Positions 50,867 to 64,000 of a stretch of DNA of 64,000 bases are shown here, one piece after another. This DNA is from Eledone cirrhosa (taxonomy: Eukaryota). The notes below the pieces were generated by a model. That model did not search any database and was not told the origin of the DNA. It saw nothing but the letters and a program-made list of their open reading frames with translations. The position numbers were made by a program, and so were the translations under genes. Within the stretch, counting starts at the first letter, position 1. The number at the start of each line of letters is the position of its first letter. The DNA is taken from assembly GCA_964016885.1 (NCBI GenBank), contig OZ024743.1, positions 237,708,001 through 237,772,000 of the forward strand. The letters run 5' to 3'.

Positions 50867-51412
50867 GAAGGCGCATGGCTTAGTAGTTAGAGCATTGGGC
50901 TTGCAATCGAAAGGTTGTGAGTTCAATTCTCGGACCGGGTGATGTGTTGTTTCCTTGAACAAGACACTTTATTTCGCCAGTTTACTCAGCTGTAGAAATG
51001 AGATGATAGGACTGGGGTCCCTATCATTCCACTGCAAAGTGATCATGGAGGTGCCACGGCAAAAAAGCACCCAGCCCACACTGTAAAGTGGATGTGTAGG
51101 CGCCACGGTAAAAAAGCACCCAGCACTCATTGTAAATGAGGTTGGTGTTAGGAAGGGCATCCAGCTGTAGAATTCAAGCCAGAATTAGTTCCCGTGTGCT
51201 GGGTGCTTTTTTTCTATGGGACCTCCACGACCACTTTGCAGTGGAATGATATGAACCCCAGCCCCTATCATCTCATTTCTACAGCTGAGTAAACTGGAGC
51301 AATGTGAAATAAAGTGTCTTGCTCAAGGAAACAACACATCACCCAGTCTGAGAATTGAACTCACAATCTTTCGATTGCAAGGCCAATGCTCTAACCACTA
51401 AGCCATGTGCCT
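50867..51412. mobile_element. Two tail-to-tail tRNA-headed CORE-like SINEs
   Basis: Head GGCGCATGGCTTAGTAGTTAG...GAGTTCAATT and CCTTGAACAAGACACTTTA on +, with the reverse complement ending at 51412. Confidence 0.8.
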
Positions 51413-52413
51413 ATATATATATATATAAATGTAATCTGAGTTTTTCGAATATTAATAATTGTTTCTACTTTTGGCACAAGGCCAGCAATTACCCAGTGCA
51501 TTACTGGAACTTTATTTTATCGACCCCATAAGGATGAAAGGCAAAGGAAATCTCAGCGGGATTTGAACTCAGAATGGCAAGGGCCGTAACTCTGTGCGTC
51601 AAAGCATGGTGTCCGACCCTCTACCGATACTGCCAATCCAACATTCAATTCGTTTGCAATTATGCAAACAAGCCTCATTTTTAAAGCCATGTCAGTAGAA
51701 TTAACTCTTCATTCTAGCTCTTGTGCTGGCATGTAAACAGAACTGCAGACACTAACGTTTCTGGGTATCAACCCTCATCAGTACAGTTCACCGTTCACTT
51801 GCCAACAGTCAGAGCTAGTGAAAATATATGCTATTTTCTAAAATATACAGTGACTAATCAGTCAGATCTGCATATTAGCAGATCCACTGATCAACCAGAT
51901 TTGCATATCAGCAGACTGGCCAGGCAGTTTCCTGTATATGAGCGATAAATAGCTTGCTCTTGTGTTGGCATGTAAACAGAATTGTATTTCTGTTTACATG
52001 CCAACACAAGAGCAAGAATGAAGGGTTCATTCTACTGACATGGCTTAAAAAATGAGGCTTGTTTGCATAATTGCAAACGAATTGAATGTTATTATCAATA
52101 TTTGAAAAACTCAGATTACATTTATTGTATTCAGCCATGTAGAGCGAACATTTGTTTTATTTGAATGTGGCAAAGCCGGCCATTTATCGCTCGTATATAG
52201 GAAACTGCCTGGCCAGTCTGCTGTATGCAAATCTGGCTGATCAGTGGATCTGCTAATATGCAGATGTGTGAGTGTGCGCCTGTGTGTGCAAGTATGTGAG
52301 CAAAACACCACATATTTTTTCCCCTAAATCATTTTTGCCCGTTTTTTCAGCCTCACTTTCATATTTCCTAAATTTTGTTTTCAAATCCATATTTAATAAA
52401 AACACCATGTTAT

Positions 52414-52482
52414 TTATTCATTCTGATGACGGAAGACAGATATAAATATCTGCCTTCAAGAAACCACTAGTAAATGTAATAA
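52414..52482 (+). ncRNA. Type I hammerhead ribozyme (PLE pLTR relic)
   Basis: TTATT-CATT CTGATGA [GAAG.CAGATA/TATCTG.CTTC] GAAAC CACTA GTA AATG-T-AATAA. The base of stem II is mismatched. Confidence 0.65.
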
Positions 52483-53071
52483 TTATCTTATGTTGTTTAT
52501 TACATAACTAATAAGCTCTGTAGCCTACATAGAGCACTCTCATTTCCTGTACCTTTCCTACGGAAATAATTCATTTATATATATATGTATACCCCCTCTG
52601 CTAGTCACCCTCTCTCAGCTAGCCTCTTCCTCACACTTTCACTCACTCACTCTCTGCTACTCACCCTCTCTCTCACTTCCTCCATCGTCCCACACCGTGC
52701 GATATTCTTTCCTCGCTTACTTTCGCATGGTTAAGATGTGTCTTTCGTCTTCTCGTCAATATTCGCAAGTTCTTATGTTAAAATGAATCATTGACTTGAT
52801 TTTCTCATTATTTCCTCTCTTTACGTTGCCTCACCTTTCGTGTTTGTTTACCCGTATCTCTTTCTCCACCCAATTCTTTTTATCCCAATAACTTATTTTC
52901 GTTATTGTTCGCACTAGCCTGAGGTATCTGGTCTTTCATGCAAAGAAATACCTATTATGGCTAGTAGACCACTGATGATGGATAGTCCTGGCTTCTATTT
53001 CTAATTCTTCATTTTAATTTGTATATCACATGTATAGCAACAACACAGCACGCCATTTTTCATTCCTATAT

Positions 53072-53402
53072 CATCATCATCATCATCATCATCACCATTT
53101 TACGCCCGCTCCTCCACGCTAGCATGGGTTAGATGGGTTGTCCTGTTGTGGGCAGTGTCCGGTCGGCTGACCTTGTCTTGCTCATAAGGGAACTGATTTT
53201 GGCTTGATTCCTACAGCTGGATGCCCTTCCTAACACCAACCTCATTTACAGTGAGTGCTGGGTGCTTTTTTCCGTGGCGCCTAGACGTCCACTTTACAGT
53301 GTGGGCTGGGTGCGTTTTTGCCATGGCACCTCCACGACCACTTTGCAGTGGGAGGGTGTGGGTGCATATTGTCTATATGCTTCAGCTTCGGCTTGTACCC
53401 GT

Positions 53403-53433
<31 letters not shown>

Positions 53434-55897
53434 GGGGGTCGGTCTTCTGTATTACTACGTGACGCCAGAGGTCACGGTCGTGTGTCATCGCCTTTGAGAG
53501 GTGTAATTGTGTAAGGTCGGCTTTTATGACCTCATCCCAGGTCTTCTTGGGTCTCCCCACTCCGCGGTTTCCATCGACTTCTAGTGCTCTGCACCTTTTT
53601 ATGCAGCTGTCACCCTTCATACGCATCACATGTCCATACCAATGCAACCGCCCCTCCTGCACACAGCATTTATGCTCAGTCTCTCTCTCAATTCATCTAT
53701 GCTTTGCCGTTCGCGTATATTACTATTACACATCCATCGGAGCATGCAGGCTTCGTTTCTTTCTAATCTACGTAAGTCTTCCAACTTCAGCGCCCAGGTC
53801 TCACTACCATGTAACATTGTTGTTCGTATGCACGCATCATACTGTCTACCTTTTATTTTGAAGGAAAAGCCTTTTGCAGCTAGCAGTGGCAGTAGCTCCC
53901 TGAACTTCTTCCATCCTGTTCTTACCCTAGTTATTGTACTTTCTGAACACCCACCTCCACTGCTAATTCGGTCACCTAGGTAGCAGAAGCTGTCTACTGT
54001 TTCTACAGAGCCCTCCCAGAGATTGGTGGTACTTGTTTCCTGTGGCTGTTTGCTGCTTGCTGTCCCAGCCCAGCTGCTACATGTGAAGCCTACATTTTTA
54101 ATTAAGCTTCTGAGATCCTGCTACATCTCTAGTGTACCCATTGTTTGCATTTGGGACAGAGAATGGAGTTCCTACCTACACTTTTCCTACATACTGAGCA
54201 AGGCCATTTCCGTGAGGGGATCTGGGTTCTGTTTTCTCATCTATTTACAAGGACCTTAGTCTTTGTCAGGTTGACTTTGAGACCCTTTCTTTCTAGTCCC
54301 TGCTTCCAAGTTTGGAATTTCTTCTGTAGTTCTACCATAGATTCAGCTATAAGTGCGAGGTCATCTGCATACAGGAGTTCCCATGGGCATCCGGTCTTAA
54401 ACTCCCCCGTTATTGCCTGCAGGACTATGATGAACAGGAGAGGGCTAAAAACAGAGCCCTGGTGGACACCGACCTGTACGCTAAATTCCTCGCTATAGTC
54501 ATTGCTAATCCTAACTTTGCTGACTGCTCCCTTATACATGGCTTGTACAGCTTTCACAAGCCATTCATCTACTCCTACTTTTCTAAGAGCCCACCAGATT
54601 ATAGAACGGGGAACTCTGTCAAGGCTTTCTTGAGATCGACGAATGCCAGGTAGAGCGGCTTACTTTTAGCTAGGTACTTTTCCTGTAACTGCCTCACAAG
54701 GAAGAGGGTGGTGCCTCTTCCTGGCACAAACCCAAATTGCATCTCATCTAGTTTCACCCGGTCCCTAATCAACTGTGCTATAACTCTTTCTGTTACTTCC
54801 ATGACCTGGTCCATCAGCTTTATACCTCTATAGTTTTCTCTATCTAGTGCATCAACTTTACCTTTGTAGCATTTGACAATGATGCTACTGCGCCAATCTT
54901 TTGGTATGACACCTTCTAGTATTACCTGGTTAACAATACGTGTGGTTATAGTGTGACCTACAGACCCAGATGCCTTCAGCATCTCAGCAGCTATACCCAA
55001 TTGACCGGCTGCCTTCCCCATCTTCATATCTTTGATTGCCTTACTGACTTGTAGTGCTGCTGACTTGTACTGTCGACCCCTCTATAGGGTCTACTTGGGG
55101 TAGGGTCTCTTCTTCCCATGCAATCTCCTCATTTAGTAATCTTTCATAATGGCTCTTCTACGCATCTTTCTTCTGAGCACTTGTGAGGGTAAGCTCATCT
55201 TTATCATTCCGGATACACTTCTCTCCAATGACATCACAATTCTCTCTGACACACTGCCTCGCAATCTTGAACATCCCCTGTTTCTGGTCCTCACGTTGCA
55301 AAACATGCTTGAATTTTCTATTCTCTGCTTCCCTTCTAGCAAAGTATACTTGTCGCCTAGCTTCCCTCCTGGTCTCTATGTAATGTACCCTGCTTCCCCC
55401 ATTCTTCCATTCTTTCCATGCCTCTCTCTTAGCCTTAACTGCCTCATCTACCTTATTGTTCCACCACCAAATCACTCTCCTCCTGCCTGTGGTCTTGCTC
55501 CAACCACAGATCTCGTCTGTCGTCTTTAGTAGGTTATTTTTTTTTTAGGAACTCCGAGTGCTCTTCTACATTGAATATCTCTATCTGTTCTTCTTTACTG
55601 TCATAGGTGTCGAGTAAAATATCTTTAAATCTGTTACTGGCTGAGGGGTCTTTCAGCTTCCAGATCTTTCTTCTCCAGGTTGGCTTCTGTTTCCAGGTTC
55701 GTCTAGTTCTGACCGTGAGGTCGCTGACAACTAAGTTATGTTGGGAGGTACATTCCTCACTAGGGAAGGCTTTTGTGTTTACGACCGTCCATGTGTCACA
55801 TCCTCTGATGAGGATAAAATCTATCTGACTAGAATGCTCCCCTGATCTATAGGTGATCAGGTGGTTGTCGGGTTTTTTAAAGTTTGTGTTACATATC
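53072..55897 (-). mobile_element. RTE-clade LINE, 5'-truncated and frameshifted
   Basis: SQIDFIL...SQHNLV (APE end), NYRGIKL, GVHQGSVFSP, YADDL, LHGSETW, LHWYGHV, GRPKKTW; (TGA)n tail. Confidence 0.92.
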
Positions 55898-56294
55898 GAC
55901 ACACACACATATATATATATAAGATTTAAAGAAAGAAGAGTAACATGGTTGGCTGTACAATAATGGCTTTATTTAAAGTACTGACACTTGTTTCATTGAT
56001 CAGGTGTGTCTTGAGTTCGCTAATCGCTTGAGGTTGTGTCAATCGATCTCCAATACATTGTTTACCAATGGTGAACACATCAGAGCACGCAGATATGAAA
56101 ATAATTCACTCGAGGCAAGACTTATATAGAGGAGTAGCGTAAAACAAAACTTATAACATCAATAAAAGAACACTGTATGATTAAAACAAAGACATCAATA
56201 ATAAAACATGTATGGTAAAGAGATAGAGAAGTTACAGATGTAAAAAATGACGAGTAAGATACAATTTAGGATACATTAAAAAATAATATGGGGT

Positions 56295-56478
56295 CGATAT
56301 CATTCCACTGCAAAGGAGTCGTGGAGATGCCACGGCAAAAAAACACCCAGCACTCACTGTAAATGAGGTTGGTGTTAGGAAGGGCATCCAGCTGTAGAAA
56401 TCAAGCCAGAATCAGTTCCCGTCCCACCCTTGCAAGCAGGGAAAAAGCGGACGTAAAAATGAAATGATGAATGATGAT
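56295..56478 (+). mobile_element. SINE 3' half with RTE tail
   Basis: GGAAGGGCATCCAGCTGTAG...CCCACCCTTGCAAGCAGGGAAAAAGCGGACGTAAAA. Confidence 0.7.
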
Positions 56479-56575
56479 ATACATATGTATATATATATAT
56501 GTATATATGTATATATATATGTATATATATATCTATATATCTATATCTATATATATATATATATATATATGTAGG

Positions 56576-56639
<64 letters not shown>

Positions 56640-56645
56640 CATATA

Positions 56646-56692
<47 letters not shown>

Positions 56693-56733
56693 CTACATAT
56701 ATATATATATATATGTGTATATATATACATATG

Positions 56734-56840
<107 letters not shown>

Positions 56841-56917
56841 GACTGTCTCCCCCTCCGCCTTTTGGGATTCTTTCTCACGTCGTGTAGACGCGTTCTTGAG
56901 ACTAGTAAAATGAGGTA

Positions 56918-57005
56918 TCCTCTTGATAAGTCGGCAGACCTCGCAAGGACTCTATATCTTTGATATATTGTTTTTGTTTATGCCACGAAACTACGTAGTC
57001 GAGGA
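56918..57005 (+). ncRNA. Type I hammerhead ribozyme, U3:A8 variant (copy 1)
   Basis: TCCTC TTGATAA GT.GGCA...TGCCAC GAAAC TACGTA GTC GAGGA. Confidence 0.75.
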
Positions 57006-57508
57006 ATTTAGGAACAGTTTAGGTATGATACATTTTATTACTAATTATATCTAAATGTTTCTTCTCTCTTCATAATGTATTTTTAACTCTGATACTGGTT
57101 CAGTCTGGTTCAAACTGAATTGGTCTGTCCCAGTCATTCATTGAGCAACATCGGTGAAGTTGGCACCCTTAACTCACAGTTGGGTGCGGATGCATTCATG
57201 TATATATGTGTGTATCCGCATGTATCTGTGTGTTTCTAAATATATTAATAACTCCCTCTGGTCGAGCAATCTTTGAAGTGTGGGGACAACTGGAAAGCTT
57301 CCATTACTCATACTTCTCGCCTTCTTCACTACCTCTTCTACGGCCTCGATATGAATACCCCCTCCGCCTCCGTGGTATTTTCTTCGTGGTTATAGGAGGC
57401 TTAGCTCTGTTTCTCGACCGTTATATCGCGTGACTGTCTCCCCCTCCGCCTTTTGGGATTCCTTCTCACGTCGTGTAGACGCGTTCTTGAGACTAGTAAA
57501 ATGAGGTA

Positions 57509-57596
57509 TCCTCTTGATAAGTCGGCAGACCTCGCAAGGACTCTATATCTTTGATATATTGTTTTTGTTTATGCCACGAAACTACGTAGTCGAGGA
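57509..57596 (+). ncRNA. Type I hammerhead ribozyme, U3:A8 variant (copy 2)
   Basis: Identical to copy 1, 591 nt downstream. Confidence 0.75.
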
Positions 57597-57665
57597 ATTT
57601 AGGAACAGTTTAGGTATGATACATTTTATTACTAATTATATCTAAATGTTTCTTCTCTCTTCATA

Positions 57666-57709
<44 letters not shown>

Positions 57710-57710
<1 letters not shown>

Positions 57711-58124
57711 TGGGCAGCAACTGCAGAGGATATGTGACGGCTGGAGAGAAATGAGGTAAGCATGCTCCGTTGTATGTGCAGTGTAAATGTGCGTGAAGGA
57801 CCCAGCATAAATGTGTTGAGAGAGAAACTGTCTGAGAGGGATAGAATGTAGTGTACGGGAGAGGAGACTGAGGTAGTATGGACATGTGATGCGCATGGAG
57901 GATGACTGATGGGTGAAGAAATGCCAGGAAATGCCAGTTGAAGGAAGACGTGGTAGAGGTAGACCACGAAAAACATGGGCGGAGGTGGTGAGAACAGACC
58001 TCAGATCATTGAAGCTCACGGTGGAGATGACGAAGGACCGTGACGAGTGGAGAGATGCTGTGCTGAATAAGACTCGTCCCTCCCTTGCAAGCAGGGAAAA
58101 GCGGACGTAAAATGATGATGATGA
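57710..58124 (+). mobile_element. RTE 3' fragment
   Basis: [16 protein letters not shown]; same family as 16285-17291. Confidence 0.85.
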
Positions 58125-58146
58125 TATATATATATGTATACATATG

Positions 58147-58181
<35 letters not shown>

Positions 58182-58194
58182 GTATATATATATG

Positions 58195-58303
<109 letters not shown>

Positions 58304-58533
58304 CATATATATATATACATATAAATATATATATATGAAAGACGTAAAATAAGAAAATTATAAAAATTAACTTACTAAAATGTAAGTTAATTTTTATAAT
58401 TTTCTTATTTTACGTCTTTCATATAATTGTTCTGCATCCCCTTGCATTAAACCACAAAGTTACTAAGACAAAACCTATATATTTGGTAGCATAGGTATGC
58501 ATCTGTATATTTATGTTGGTAGATATACTAATT

Positions 58534-58591
<58 letters not shown>

Positions 58592-58685
58592 TAAGCGATG
58601 AAATACCAATGATGGTTGGAAGATCACTGATGGAGGACTAACTTTATTCATATGTAACCCATTTGCAACCACGCAGCACGTTTAT

Positions 58686-58760
<75 letters not shown>

Positions 58761-58819
58761 TACATATATATATATACATACATATATATATATATAATAA
58801 CACATATATATATACACAC

Positions 58820-58886
<67 letters not shown>

Positions 58887-58890
<4 letters not shown>

Positions 58891-60100
58891 AACGAGTAGG
58901 ACCCCGACGGCTGAGCTCAAGCCATTTCGACGTCTAATTCTGGACTAAATGAAAATTGTTATCCTGGTACATGAATAGCCGAGCTTCTCAGGGGGTAATT
59001 CCATATATGGTAAAAGTGATTGTCACAAGTATTGGTCAACAGTTTGTTGTTGAGACACATAATTCTATCATGGCATTTTGTGGAAGGAAGTGGTAGCTGA
59101 ACTTGCCAGTCGAAGAAAGAGGGAGTGGGAGTGGAGGAAACCCAGTCGTGCGTTGATAGTGACAACTACAGCAGGATCCTAAGGATAAGAGGTCAAGAGA
59201 AGTCTACTAGGGAGGGGGGGGGGGGGGCGAGGAAGTCGAAACAATAAGTAAATCAATATGGAGTAAATATATAGAAGAATAATAAGATTGTTAATTTTTC
59301 GTATTAAATTTTTCATATATATCGTACGAGCATTTATGTAGTTTGTATTAGAATTTATGTATCGTAGCGGCACTCTTATATATCGTATTAGTATTCATTT
59401 TCGGGACTCTGAATTATTATTTCGTAGTAGTTTCTTTAGTATTTTGGCCCCCTACTTGTTGACCTGTCGCTGTAAGATAGATTTGGACGATTACTACTAA
59501 CTCATAACATTCTTTCACTACAATCTCGTATTTAGTATTCCGTCCCACCTATTAAACTTTTCTATAGTTTAGCAGTACCAGTGAGAGACTTGATGATTGT
59601 GGTAGGGGAATAGTAACCAGAAATTGTTTTTTTTTAAATATTTTTAACATTCTTATTATTCTTCTATATATTTACTCCATATTGATTTCCTTATTGTTTC
59701 GACTTCCCCTCCCCCTCCCTAGTATACTTCTCTTGACCTCTTATCCTTAGGATCCTGCTGTAGTTGTCACTATCAACGCACGACTGGGTTTCCTCCACTC
59801 CCTCTCCCTCTTTCTTCTACTGGCAAGTTCAGCTACCCCTTCCTTCCACAAAATGCCATGATAGAATTATGTGTCTCAACAACAAACTTCTGACCAATCC
59901 TTGTGACAATCCCCTTTACCATATATGGAATTACCCCCTGAGAAGCTCGGCTATTCATGTACCAGGATAAAAATGTTCATTTAGTCCCGAATTAGCCGTC
60001 GAAACGGCTTGAGCTCAGCCGTCGGGGTCCTACTCGTTCCTAAGTATTGAGTACTTTGGTGCGTTATGGTCCATCTGGTTCCTTACCATATTTCCTTCGT
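58887..60100. mobile_element. Inverted-repeat element (arms about 400 bp) with HHR-like motif, PLE inverted-pLTR-like
   Basis: 58887-59294 is the reverse complement of 59644-60042, consistent with the mirrored ORFs 58959-59165(-) and 59764-59970(+); (TA)n flanks. Confidence 0.8.
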
Positions 60101-60255
60101 TATATATATATATACATATATATATATTTACATTTACACACATATATATATATATATATATACATATGTATATATACCTATATATATACATATATATATA
60201 CCTATATATATACATATATATATCTACCTATATATATACATATATATATATATAC

Positions 60256-60970
<715 letters not shown>

Positions 60971-61166
60971 TACATATATATATATATATACATATATATA
61001 TAGATAGATAAATATACACGGGTGTGTATGATTGTGTATAGAAGATTATATTAATAAAAGGAATTCCAACTTTGTCTGATTTACTCGTTTTATTTACAAT
61101 GCTTTAACATTTATAATGGTATTATAATGAAATAGTATGGTAGAATATTAAATGTTAAGTGTTAAT

Positions 61167-61205
61167 TGAACAAGTACTTTCATGCTTTCGCAATCTTCAG
61201 GTTCA
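61167..61205 (-). ncRNA. Minimal type I hammerhead ribozyme downstream of PLE
   Basis: Minus strand TGAAC CTGAAGA T-TGC-GAAA-GCA-T GAAA GTAC TT GTTCA; palindromic stem III. Confidence 0.75.
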
Positions 61206-61586
61206 TAATGTGTGGTGACAGTCAAGATTGCAATTTTCAACTGTAATGAGATGGGTAAATTTTGTACCTTATATACATTGAAAAGTGGCTCCAGAATGCT
61301 AAATCTTGCAAACTGTATTTCGACCAATCGGTGTGTAGTTTCACTGAATTACTAAAGCTGATTGGTTTAGGCGTCACGATTGGTTGAGCATGTCTAACGA
61401 ACTCTAATTGATCCTATCCAAAGCATCAATTGTTTTGCTATTTTTAGAAATGATGAAAATAGCATTTTCTAGTAATCATCACCATCAACATCACTTTTTA
61501 TTATTATTATTATTGTTGTTGTTGTTGTTAGTGGTCGTAGTCATAGTCATAGTAGGAGTAATTCCCCATTATTATTGTTCATTTAG

Positions 61587-61771
61587 GGCGGTGGATTGGC
61601 AGTATCGGTAGAGGGTCGGACGCCTTGCTTTCCAGCATAGTTACGTCCCTTTACGATCTGAGTTCAAATCCCGCCATCGGTTGACTTTGCCTTTCATCCT
61701 TACGGGGTCAATAAAATAAAGTACCAGTAATGCACTGGGTAATTGCTGGCCTTGTGCCTAAAGTAGAAACA
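61587..61771 (+). mobile_element. Complete tRNA-headed SINE with 16-bp TSD
   Basis: A/B boxes (TGGCAGTATCGG, GTTCAAATC). TSD ATTATTGTTCATTTAG at 61571-61586 and 61772-61787. Relatives at about 22905, 46500, 47560, 48060, 49420-50060 and 51455. Confidence 0.85.
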
Positions 61772-61772
61772 A

Positions 61773-63297
61773 TTATTGTTCATTTAGCTTGGGTTTGAAT
61801 TTATCAATAACATTCTTTTCTTTGATTTTTCTCTTGATTTCACTTGGGCTGTGTAATTTGTAGAATGGGAATATTATAAATATTCCCTGACCACATGTTG
61901 CTAGATGGTTACTTAGGGGTATCTGATGGACATTTGGGTATCTGATTTGCTGTCGGTGTACCCGTGCACGTTCCGATAGTGCATTTTCAGTTTGACCGAC
62001 ATATAGTTCTTCACAATTCAGGCATTTAATGCAGTAAATTAGATTTCTGCTTTTGCAGTTCATATTTGCATTTGGGAATATTTTTCCAGTTTTTGTTTTC
62101 ATATATTGACCAGCGTGTATGGATTGACATGTGCCACATCGTCTATCATTGCATTTAGATACAGTGAATGATTGGTCTTTGTTGTTAAGGTCAAACTTTG
62201 CTTTTGTTAGTAATTGCTTCAAATTTTTCGGTTGTCTTTTACTAAGAGTCAAATATCGATCTGTGATTAAGCCTTTTAATTCATTACTTTGAGCAATGAT
62301 CGGTAGGTTTGCTTTGGCAGTGTTGAAGATATTCTGGTGACATGGGTATGACCAGTTCTTGGTTTCTTCTTCCTTGGGTTGTCCTAAGTTGTTGTATAGG
62401 TATTTTTATAGCCCGCTGTATGCCATTTTCTATAAGTAGAGATGGGTATTTTTGTTTGAGCAAAAATTCTCTTAGTTCTGTTAGGCGTTTGTACCTGGTA
62501 TTCGTATCTTCTACAATGGTACAAATTCTTCTGGCTAGGCAGTATGGGATGTTGCGTTTTGTATGAGGTGGATGGCACGACTTAAAATTCAGATATTGAT
62601 GGGTGTCTGTGTGTTTATAATATATATCCGTGGTAATAGTGGTGTCGTTTTTGATTATCATTATATCTAGGAATGGTAATTTGGTCCTACTCATCTCTTG
62701 TGAATTGGACAGATGGGTGTAGGTTATTCAGGAGGATATTGAACTCATCCAGAGTATCTCGAGATTCTGTCCAGATGATGAAACAGTCGTCAAGGTATCT
62801 CTTCCAAGATTTTTCAATGTACTTTCTAAAGTCAGTACTATATTTTTCCTCTATTTCTTGGTAGAGTTGTTGTTCTAAGTATCCCATTACAGAGTTCGCG
62901 TAAACGGGAGCAAACTTCGTTCCCATCGCTGTGCCTCTAATTTGGATGTAATTCTTTCCATTGAAGAAGAAAGTGTTGTTTTCCAGAATAAGTTTAACTG
63001 CGTCTAATATAAATGGCGCTGTGAATCTGATGGGAATCACTTCTCTATGTTTTCCCACCCAGTATTTAACCGCCTTTATTCCTAAATCATGTGTAATGTT
63101 GGTGTAAAGGCTTACCACATCAAAACTAAGTAGAAGTGAATTCGTTTCCGTGATTTTGGGAAGATGGGACAGGAAATCGATATCATCCCGGATGAAACTG
63201 GGTATGTGAATACATAGAAGTTTCAAAATAATGTCAACAAAATTGCTTAGACGATGGGTGGGGCATGTTGGACCAGCTATAATAGGTCTAAGTTTTA
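61773..63297 (-). mobile_element. Penelope-like element (Neptune/Poseidon-type RT + GIY-YIG), 5'-truncated, frameshifted
   Basis: RPIIAG, FDVVSLYTNI, GTAMG, RYLDD, LPFLDI, SCHP; Cys linker CNDRRCGTC; LIYCIKCLNC...YVGQT...R..VH. Confidence 0.92.
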
Positions 63298-63796
63298 AGT
63301 ATACATATTTTATATATACATATATATATATATACAATATATTAATAAATGGAAACTATATTTATAAAACCATATTTATTTCATTATACATATTTCAAGG
63401 ACACCAAAGCAAATTATTTTTGTTTTGCGAGGTTTTTGATATGAAATCATGTGTTGAAACAAATATTGTTATACTTGGGGAGGGTAGAATAGATTATAGT
63501 GCGAGTCTCTAGAAGACAGAGGGTTACATAATTTATTCGGTTGTTTATACAATGCGGCCTTATCTATTACTTCCCATTGAAGTGTATATGGTCTATTCTT
63601 AGTTTTCAGAGAGTGTATGTAGTTCGATAAAGGAGTGGTGTTGGCTAGGTTACGATTTGCCTATGAACTTGATACAGCTCACTGACTCCGCCACCACAAT
63701 AACATCTACACTCGCTCTCTACCACCACCACCGCATTTACATACGTCATTACCCTATCTACACTAAGGTGACTGACCAGTTGCCAAACTACTTTCT

Positions 63797-63806
63797 CTGT
63801 GTTGAA

Positions 63807-63894
<88 letters not shown>

Positions 63895-63924
63895 TATATA
63901 TATATATATATGTATGTATGTATG

Positions 63925-63982
<58 letters not shown>
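63797..63982. repeat. (TA)n microsatellite (others at about 56480-56835, 58125-58335, 58690-58888, 60100-60380)
   Basis: AT dinucleotide runs. Confidence 0.95.
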
Positions 63983-63985
<3 letters not shown>

Positions 63986-64000
63986 TGACCTGTTGCTTTT

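Larger units (their letters stand above)
56841..57671 (+). mobile_element. Retrozyme-like / non-autonomous PLE element with 240-bp direct repeats
   Basis: 56841-57080 and 57432-57671 are nearly identical and each carries an HHR. The spacer is 351 bp with no recognisable protein; (TA)n flanks. Confidence 0.8.

Noticed and set aside
58959-59970. Duplicated 68-aa gene on opposite strands
   Set aside because: By-product of the inverted repeat; non-ATG start and no protein features.

Overview
Eukaryotic, AT-rich, microsatellite-dense animal DNA with one 200-N gap (4619-4818). The repeat complement suggests a coleoid cephalopod such as Octopus (inference). One host gene is supported: a minus-strand SLC22/organic cation transporter-like MFS gene with 7 identifiable coding exons (50337 to 9458). 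The exons for most of TM7-TM10 appear absent, so direct splicing would create a TG|A stop. Its 27.5-kb third intron holds a chain of retroelements stacked in (ATT)n/(TAA)n repeats: five Tx1/L1-clade copies (one full length, ORF2 intact) and an R4/Dong-like element. A Merlin-like DNA transposon carrying a histone stem-loop and a solo LTR is nested in the first Tx1 copy. The rest consists of RTE LINEs, their partner SINEs, Penelope-like elements (PLEs), MITEs and many hammerhead-ribozyme (HHR) repeats sitting in (TA)n. The most interesting candidates are a retrozyme-like element with a U3:A8 covariant HHR, a putative 53-nt intron fusing Tx1 ORF1 to ORF2, and the histone stem-loop inside a DNA transposon. 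All structures were read by eye; nothing was computed or searched.
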